Shown: in pieces, positions 1 through 4,651 of the stretch
How the letters are laid out: every line of letters begins with the position of its first letter
Position numbering within the stretch: the stretch's first letter is position 1
The notes under the pieces: model-generated
Seen by the model: the letters and a program-made list of their open reading frames with translations, nothing else
What the model was told of the DNA's origin: nothing
The model's database searches: none
Source: a virus
Taxonomy: Duplodnaviria > Caudoviricetes
Strand: one strand, 5' to 3'
IMG/VR virus record: IMGVR_UViG_3300017754_000610
Location: 1 to 35,062 of that record
DNA length: 35,062 nucleotides
Position numbers and translations under genes: made by a program

Positions 1-280
1 CTTCTAAATCTTTACGTAGCGTAGCTTTTTCGTCCAGGGATAGCGTGTAGCGTTTAGATACGATTAGTGGCTTGCCTTCAGCGGTTTGCAATGGCTGGCC
101 ATCGTTATCTTCACCATGTAATTCAAACATAGTGATAATTTTGCGTTGCATTTTTTTCTTACCCATCCATTCGGTAGTTTGCGTACCGATGTCAATTATT
201 CTGTATAGACGGGCAAGGAAACTGCCGGCTGGGGGTAATTTAAAGTCACTACCGGAACTGGTTTGTTTTGCAATTATCAT
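1..280 (-). CDS. 5' part of SSB-like protein (second allele of 34375-35013), truncated by window edge
   Basis: Reads MIIAKQTSSGSDFKLPPAG...; differs from the right-end copy at 3 residues (K/R, T/A, G/S). Confidence 0.8.
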   Translation of the reverse strand, partial: MIIAKQTSSGSDFKLPPAGSFLARLYRIIDIGTQTTEWMGKKKMQRKIITMFELHGEDNDGQPLQTAEGKPLIVSKRYTLSLDEKATLRKDLE

Positions 281-329
281 TTTTTCACTTTCCAAAAATA
301 TTTCCAAAATCGTTAATCACGTCACGTAA
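1..329. repeat. Imperfect terminal duplication, copy 1
   Basis: Aligns without gaps to 34734-35062 with about 28 mismatches in 329 nt (hand count), mostly synonymous in the minus-strand genes. Confidence 0.95.
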
Positions 330-488
330 CAATGGGTTAACGTGACTATTACGGGGTTTTCCACAAGCTTGACGGATGCAGTCAACTTGTTCTTGGGTTA
401 AAAATTCATTACTAAATTCCATGTCATCTAAAGCTTTTTCCAGGAATTCTTCATGTTCTAACATCAATTGGTTTAATTCTCCATCCAT
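285..488 (-). CDS. Hypothetical protein, first gene of leftward early operon
   Basis: 67-aa ORF with AAGGAG Shine-Dalgarno; its C-terminus is conserved in the right-end copy (DVINDFG[N/Q]IFGK). Confidence 0.8.
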   Translation of the reverse strand: MDGELNQLMLEHEEFLEKALDDMEFSNEFLTQEQVDCIRQACGKPRNSHVNPLLRDVINDFGNIFGK

Positions 489-505
489 AATTACTCCTTT
501 TTTAT

Positions 506-523
506 CACGGCAACATTGCCGTA
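506..523 (-). promoter_or_regulatory. Conserved 18-nt 5' leader hairpin (copy L1)
   Basis: UACGGCA-AUGU-UGCCGUG, 6 nt after the predicted -10; equivalents at 1282-1299 and 32871-32888. Confidence 0.65.
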
Positions 524-544
524 CTTACAAATGTAAAGTAAAAT
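516..544 (+). promoter_or_regulatory. Predicted rightward sigma70 promoter for cro-like gene
   Basis: TTGCCG-N17-TAAAAT. Confidence 0.55.
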
Positions 545-558
545 TTAGTTGTTGTAAA
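530..558 (-). promoter_or_regulatory. Predicted leftward sigma70 early promoter
   Basis: TTTACA-N17-TACATT on the minus strand. Confidence 0.65.
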
Positions 559-570
559 GAAATATTTAGC
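532..570. promoter_or_regulatory. Two tandem imperfect operator palindromes
   Basis: TGTAAAG-N4-ATTTAGT (532-549) and TGTAAAG-N4-ATTTAGC (553-570), 21 bp apart; variants of ACTAAAG-N4-CTTTAGT. Confidence 0.6.
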
Positions 571-585
571 AAAAAAGGAAAATAA

Positions 586-816
586 ATGACAGATGCACAA
601 CTAATTGATATGTTGGGCCGGCCAGCCAAGGTGGCAAAACTATGTGGCGTAACGGTCCAAGCGGTGTGTCAATGGCGCAACAACAATGCAATACCAGCCG
701 CACCGTTGATGCTAATAGCGGCAACCATTGAAAAGGAATCAGTAGGATTAGTAACCAGGAAAGACCTTTTTCCTAAAACCTGGCATATTATTTGGCCGGA
801 GTTAAGCACGGTTTAG
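586..816 (+). CDS. Cro/YdaS-like helix-turn-helix transcriptional regulator
   Basis: HTH signature AKVAKLCGVTVQAVCQW and C-terminal VTRKDLFP...IWPEL typical of Cro/YdaS-like proteins; divergent position. Confidence 0.85.
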   Translation: MTDAQLIDMLGRPAKVAKLCGVTVQAVCQWRNNNAIPAAPLMLIAATIEKESVGLVTRKDLFPKTWHIIWPELSTV

Positions 817-821
817 TTTTA

Positions 822-830
822 TGGTATAGT
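822..830 (+). promoter_or_regulatory. Extended -10 promoter element upstream of structured RNA
   Basis: TGgTATAGT; predicted start ~836-837 coincides with the first base of hairpin 1. Confidence 0.5.
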
Positions 831-836
831 TCTAAA

Positions 837-960
837 CATTGAGGACTTGAACACTCGATGAATAGGGTTTTATTGGTGGTTTTAGGGTTTAGGAAATGGA
901 ATAAAGAGGCATTTCCCAAGCCGTTCAAGCTAAAGCTACCAATAAAGCCCTTTTTCTTTT
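837..960 (+). ncRNA. Candidate structured RNA: small hairpin plus long bulged hairpin with loop-bulge pseudoknot, then U-tract
   Basis: Stems 837-843/854-860, 864-885/930-951 (22 bp, 3 G-U) and 886-898/910-922; bulge 923-929 is complementary to loop 846-852. Confidence 0.7.
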
Positions 961-1190
961 GTTCTTTCCACAATCGGACTTCCCCCGATAGCAATGCGGT
1001 TAGATCGCCGGCTGGAAAGAATAGATTGGCCTACCAGCACCCGGTATGCGCCACGTAGGCTTAAATGGGCACTACACAAGTTTTAAGGGACAACGGTGAT
1101 AGACAACCCTTTAAACGATTGAACATTAACCTTGGTAGCATTAGTTCAAGTAAAGCAATACCTTCTTGAATGGATGTGGGCTTATCACCC
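961..1190 (+). ncRNA. Candidate multi-stem structured RNA with long-range pseudoknot
   Basis: Stems 962-970/1013-1021, 1029-1034/1055-1060, 1080-1089/1107-1116 and 1119-1124/1144-1149; loop 1095-1102 pairs with 1182-1189. Confidence 0.6.
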
Positions 1191-1247
1191 TTGGGGAACC
1201 TATGTACCAAAAATACAACACTAGGGAAAGTACCTATAAAAATATAT

Positions 1248-1276
1248 TTGACAACTAAAGAAAACTTTAGTAAATT
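1248..1276 (+). promoter_or_regulatory. Sigma70 promoter with perfect-arm operator palindrome filling the spacer
   Basis: TTGACA-actaaagaaaactttag-TAAATT; operator 1254-1271; near-identical inverted copy at 32895-32923. Confidence 0.8.
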
Positions 1277-1281
1277 ATATA

Positions 1282-1299
1282 TACGGTCTAGTGATCGTG
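1282..1299 (+). promoter_or_regulatory. Conserved 18-nt 5' leader hairpin (copy L3)
   Basis: UACGGUC-UAGU-GAUCGUG, followed by A-rich spacer and AAGGA SD. Confidence 0.6.
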
Positions 1300-1318
1300 A
1301 TTAGAAAAGGAAAACAAA

Positions 1319-1525
1319 ATGTACGAAAAAGCCCTAAAAGAATTTGCCAAATTATCCACCGTTAACCGGGATGACCTTGACGGCACCATTGCCCACCTAG
1401 TGTTTCGTGCCCAGCACGAACTTGACCTAGAAGATGAAGGCGAAAACGAATACATAGAATTTGAATTGCCTAAAGGCGAATACGCCAAACTTACCAAGTT
1501 TGTAGCTAAATGGAGTGGCAAATAA
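1319..1525 (+). CDS. Hypothetical protein
   Basis: 68-aa ORF with AAGGA SD directly downstream of the promoter. Confidence 0.8.
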   Translation: MYEKALKEFAKLSTVNRDDLDGTIAHLVFRAQHELDLEDEGENEYIEFELPKGEYAKLTKFVAKWSGK

Positions 1526-1725
1526 TGAAAACTTTAGCCGTCAAAACAAACAAAAACAACGTTAAATACGCCCTGGTACAAGAGGGTGATAAGTATGGCG
1601 TTTGGACTTTATGTTCTAACTATTGCCGTCATGCTAAAAGCGGCGTTGCTAAAACTTGGCGTTATGTAGAACGCAACATGACTTTTGATGATGCAAAAGT
1701 TTTGTTTACAAGACGTTCTAAATAA
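1525..1725 (+). CDS. Hypothetical protein (start moved to MKTLAV)
   Basis: TAATG stop/start overlap with the previous gene, GGAG upstream. Confidence 0.7.
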   Translation: MKTLAVKTNKNNVKYALVQEGDKYGVWTLCSNYCRHAKSGVAKTWRYVERNMTFDDAKVLFTRRSK

Positions 1726-1735
1726 GGGATCAATC

Positions 1736-2125
1736 ATGGCATATATGAGCAAAGAAAACGCCGCATTGATCCGCAACGCCCTTAAAACGGCGTTTCCAAA
1801 CATCAAGTTTGCGGTACGCAAAGACACTCATTCAATTCACGTAACCATTGTTTCTAGCGACATTAATTTTAGTATGCTTGACACCCTGGCAACCTGGAAC
1901 CATAAGGGTTACGCCCAAATTAACGAATACCACCTTGAATTTTATGGCCAGCACCAAGAATTGTTTGCCAAGATTGTTGACATTATTAAAACGGCCCCGG
2001 CCGATCAATGGTATGACCGTTCCGATTCAATGACGGATTATTTTGATACTGCTTTTTACATTCACTTAAACGTAGGCGCATGGGACAAACCATACGTTTA
2101 CATTGATAACAAAAAGGCCGCCTAA
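1736..2125 (+). CDS. LPD29-like (large polyvalent protein-associated domain) protein
   Basis: N-terminal AALIRNALKTAFPNIKFAVR pattern and C-terminal DSMTDYF motif; SD AAGGGA before ATG 1736. Confidence 0.65.
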   Translation: MAYMSKENAALIRNALKTAFPNIKFAVRKDTHSIHVTIVSSDINFSMLDTLATWNHKGYAQINEYHLEFYGQHQELFAKIVDIIKTAPADQWYDRSDSMTDYFDTAFYIHLNVGAWDKPYVYIDNKKAA

Positions 2126-2499
2126 TGTTTGAAATTTTTTGGAAACATTACCCCAGGAAGGTAGCTAAACGTGCCGCCCTGGGGGCGTTTAACCGCCTTA
2201 CTAAAGACGAACAGGCCCAGGCCGTAGAAGCCATTGAGGATCACGTTGCGTATTGGAAATTGAAAGGTACGGAAATGGATTTCATACCCCATGCAAGCAC
2301 GTGGATCAACCAGGGCCGGTTTGAAGATGAACTGGATATGACCCCAAAAGAAGTAAAGCGGCCTTCACTTCCCTGGTATAGTAATGATGAATTAACTTTG
2401 GCCAAGGGCCGGGAACTTGGGTTAAATGCATACGCCGGTGAATCAATGGGGCAATTTCGACAACGAATTAGCCAAGCAATTGGAAAAGCATCGGTATGA
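2125..2499 (+). CDS. Stand-alone C-terminal domain of phage replication initiator-like protein
   Basis: FEIFWKHYPRKVAKRAA...FIPHASTWINQGRFEDE is the typical C-terminal domain of phage replisome organisers; no N-terminal winged helix. Confidence 0.7.
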   Translation: MFEIFWKHYPRKVAKRAALGAFNRLTKDEQAQAVEAIEDHVAYWKLKGTEMDFIPHASTWINQGRFEDELDMTPKEVKRPSLPWYSNDELTLAKGRELGLNAYAGESMGQFRQRISQAIGKASV

Positions 2500-2665
2500 A
2501 TGTGAAATCAGACAGTTGCTTGTTTACCGTACCCAGTTTGGGCTTACCGGTTTTCGGGCTTATTTTGTTAGGCCTTCTTTTGATAGTAGGCGTGAACGCC
2601 TTGCTAACGATGTTTACGATCAATACAAAAAAGGCAACCGTGGTTCCTGGGGGGATTGGCGATGA
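2426..2665 (+). CDS. Hypothetical protein (true start possibly downstream, e.g. TTG 2480)
   Basis: ORF overlapping the previous gene; ends GNRGSWGDWR, coupled to the next ATG. Confidence 0.55.
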   Translation: MHTPVNQWGNFDNELAKQLEKHRYECEIRQLLVYRTQFGLTGFRAYFVRPSFDSRRERLANDVYDQYKKGNRGSWGDWR

Positions 2666-2757
2666 GTGAATTAATTTTTATATTTTTCTTTTTTACCGGC
2701 GTAATTGTTTGGGGTTTTGCCCTTTTCGTATTTATCAAAATATTGTTAGAAAGATGA
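2662..2757 (+). CDS. 31-aa single-TM membrane peptide (not in ORF track)
   Basis: MSELIFIFFFFTGVIVWGFALFVFIKILLER; ATGA overlaps at both ends. Confidence 0.55.
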   Translation: MSELIFIFFFFTGVIVWGFALFVFIKILLER

Positions 2758-2900
2758 TGTCACCACTTTTAATAGCAACCGTTGGCGTAATTTATTTTTG
2801 TATTTCAATAAATTCTTTTATTAACGGTCAAATGGGCCTGGGTATATCGTTTTTAGGTTATGCCATTGGTTCAATTGGCCTTTACTTCCAAGCCCTATGA
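2754..2900 (+). CDS. Small two-TM membrane protein
   Basis: MMSPLLIATVGVIYF...GLYFQAL, hydrophobic, translationally coupled. Confidence 0.65.
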   Translation: MMSPLLIATVGVIYFCISINSFINGQMGLGISFLGYAIGSIGLYFQAL

Positions 2901-3238
2901 AACCTGAAACCCGTGTTGTTGATCCCAATGATTGTGTAGATTATCTATACGAATTTGCCCCGGAATACGCCAAGGCAAAGGGCGAACTGGCAGAACTAGA
3001 AGCTTATCGCCATTCATTGCGTAGTATCAAAATGAAGCAGTCATCCGAACAAAGTTTGGGTGCCCAAGAACGTGAAGCTTACGCCAGCCAGGAATACCAA
3101 GACTTATGCAAAGCCATTGGTGCGGCCACGTACAAAACCGAAATGTGGAAGTATCGGCTAGAAGCGGCAAAGCTTAGATTTGAAGCGTGGCGCACCCAGG
3201 AAGCCAGCAACCGCAACCTTGAAAGGCTCACAAAATGA
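2897..3238 (+). CDS. Helical coiled-coil phage protein (possibly UvsY-like recombination mediator)
   Basis: 113-aa all-helical ORF; the function assignment is tentative. Confidence 0.6.
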   Translation: MKPETRVVDPNDCVDYLYEFAPEYAKAKGELAELEAYRHSLRSIKMKQSSEQSLGAQEREAYASQEYQDLCKAIGAATYKTEMWKYRLEAAKLRFEAWRTQEASNRNLERLTK

Positions 3239-3381
3239 GCCAGTTAGATGAAGATTTTGAAGAATGGGCACCATTTCTTTTGCATTTAATTGAAGTTAAC
3301 CGGTTAAAAACAGAAAACCAGCAATTACGTGAACAAATTAAACACCTGGAAAGCCAGGTTTACGGGGGAACAACTAAATGA
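3235..3381 (+). CDS. 48-aa coiled-coil hypothetical protein (not in ORF track)
   Basis: MSQLDEDFEEWAPF...ESQVYGGTTK; ATGA overlaps on both sides. Confidence 0.65.
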   Translation: MSQLDEDFEEWAPFLLHLIEVNRLKTENQQLREQIKHLESQVYGGTTK

Positions 3382-3551
3382 TTGACTATTCAACGCCTTA
3401 TCTTGCATTGCACAAATTAATGAAAGATTTTCATGCCGCCACAATACAAGGCGATTACGCAAAAGCATATGAAATATCAATAGATATTACTGATTTATCC
3501 CAGCAATTAGAAGATATTGCTAAAGGAATGGCTAATGCCTATTCTGATTGA
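3378..3551 (+). CDS. 57-aa hypothetical protein (not in ORF track)
   Basis: MIDYSTPYLALHKLMKDFHAA...ANAYSD; coupled to the upstream gene. Confidence 0.65.
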   Translation: MIDYSTPYLALHKLMKDFHAATIQGDYAKAYEISIDITDLSQQLEDIAKGMANAYSD

Positions 3552-4029
3552 ATTAACCCCGGCTGAAATACAAATGGCCGCTTTAGTAGGCACTCAGCGC
3601 ACGGTCCAATGTATTCAAAACGGATCAAAGCATAGGTACGGGGCTAAAGATACGGATGCCTGGCAAATGAGCATAGAAGGGGCTATGGGCGAATGTGCCC
3701 TGGCAAAGCACCTTGGCATATTTTGGTCAAAAGGAACCCCCGGCGCAACTGACGTAGGCCCACATGACGTAAGGCAAACCCCATTAGCGCATGGCAAGTT
3801 AATCGTACACCCTACTGATGATAATGACCGCCGTTTTTACCTGGTAACGGGTTTATTGGGTAAGTATGCAATTCATGGTTATATGTATGGCCACCAAGCC
3901 AAACAACCTAGATACTGGGCCGATCCCCAAGGCACAAATAGATTTGCTTATTTTGTTCCACAAACCGATTTGATTCAGGATAATGGCGTAACTACATTAA
4001 ACCCTGATAAACATTGGCTAGATGACTAA
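3535..4029 (+). CDS. Hypothetical protein, possible restriction-endonuclease-like fold
   Basis: GAMGECALAK...TDVGPHDVRQT resembles a degenerate E...PD-(D/E)xK arrangement; AAGGA SD before ATG 3535. Confidence 0.55.
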   Translation: MPILIELTPAEIQMAALVGTQRTVQCIQNGSKHRYGAKDTDAWQMSIEGAMGECALAKHLGIFWSKGTPGATDVGPHDVRQTPLAHGKLIVHPTDDNDRRFYLVTGLLGKYAIHGYMYGHQAKQPRYWADPQGTNRFAYFVPQTDLIQDNGVTTLNPDKHWLDD

Positions 4030-4309
4030 AGCGGAAAAAGAACATTATGCGAAGCTGGCTAGATTGGGTTGCATATTGTGCGTACAGAAAGGAATCCTTG
4101 ATACCGATACGCCCGTGGAAATCCATCATATTCGCAGACATGGACAACCAAGAAAAACTGCTAAAACTATACCCTTGTGTATGTGGCACCACCGTCTTGG
4201 AAATTCCAGCGTTCATTCCCTTGGCCACCGTGGATTCCAAAAATATTGGGGATGGAGTGAAGAAGATTTACTCGAAAAAGTTGAAGAATTGCTAAATGAC
4301 AATAATTAA
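4022..4309 (+). CDS. Ref-like (RecA-dependent) HNH nuclease
   Basis: GCILC...EIHH...IPLCMWHHR...H zinc/HNH pattern. Confidence 0.75.
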   Translation: MTKAEKEHYAKLARLGCILCVQKGILDTDTPVEIHHIRRHGQPRKTAKTIPLCMWHHRLGNSSVHSLGHRGFQKYWGWSEEDLLEKVEELLNDNN

Positions 4310-4643
4310 ACTGCCTTACCCACCCAGCATGAATACGTATTGGCGCAACTTTAAGGGCAATACTGTTTTAAGCCAAGCTGGCCGGGAATACAAAAAAGCA
4401 GTATGGGCTTGCGTTCATGAACAAAAAATACCCAAATTTGGCGATAAACGGTTAGAAGTAACAATGTGGTTATATCCCAGGTCCAAGGTAGTCACGGATT
4501 TGGATAATCGTTTAAAAGCAGTTTTAGACGGTTTAGAAGAAGCAAACGTATTTTCATGCGATGGCAATATTGACGTACTTATGATTCAACGTGGCGAACA
4601 ACGCAAAGGTGGCGGCATTGATGTAATGATTGAAGTAATCTAA
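4296..4643 (+). CDS. rusA: RusA-family Holliday junction resolvase
   Basis: LPYPPSMNTYWR N-terminus and DLDNRLKAVLDGL catalytic motif. Confidence 0.9.
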   Translation: MTIIKLPYPPSMNTYWRNFKGNTVLSQAGREYKKAVWACVHEQKIPKFGDKRLEVTMWLYPRSKVVTDLDNRLKAVLDGLEEANVFSCDGNIDVLMIQRGEQRKGGGIDVMIEVI

Positions 4644-4651
4644 AATTAGCT

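Noticed and set aside
788-1058. ORFs 858-1058 (+) and 788-994 (-)
   Set aside because: No convincing SD; the translation looks like a read-through of inverted repeats; better explained as structured RNA
1222-1236. Palindrome TAGG-N7-CCTA upstream of the 1248 promoter
   Set aside because: Single short occurrence; could be a host-factor site but cannot be supported from this window
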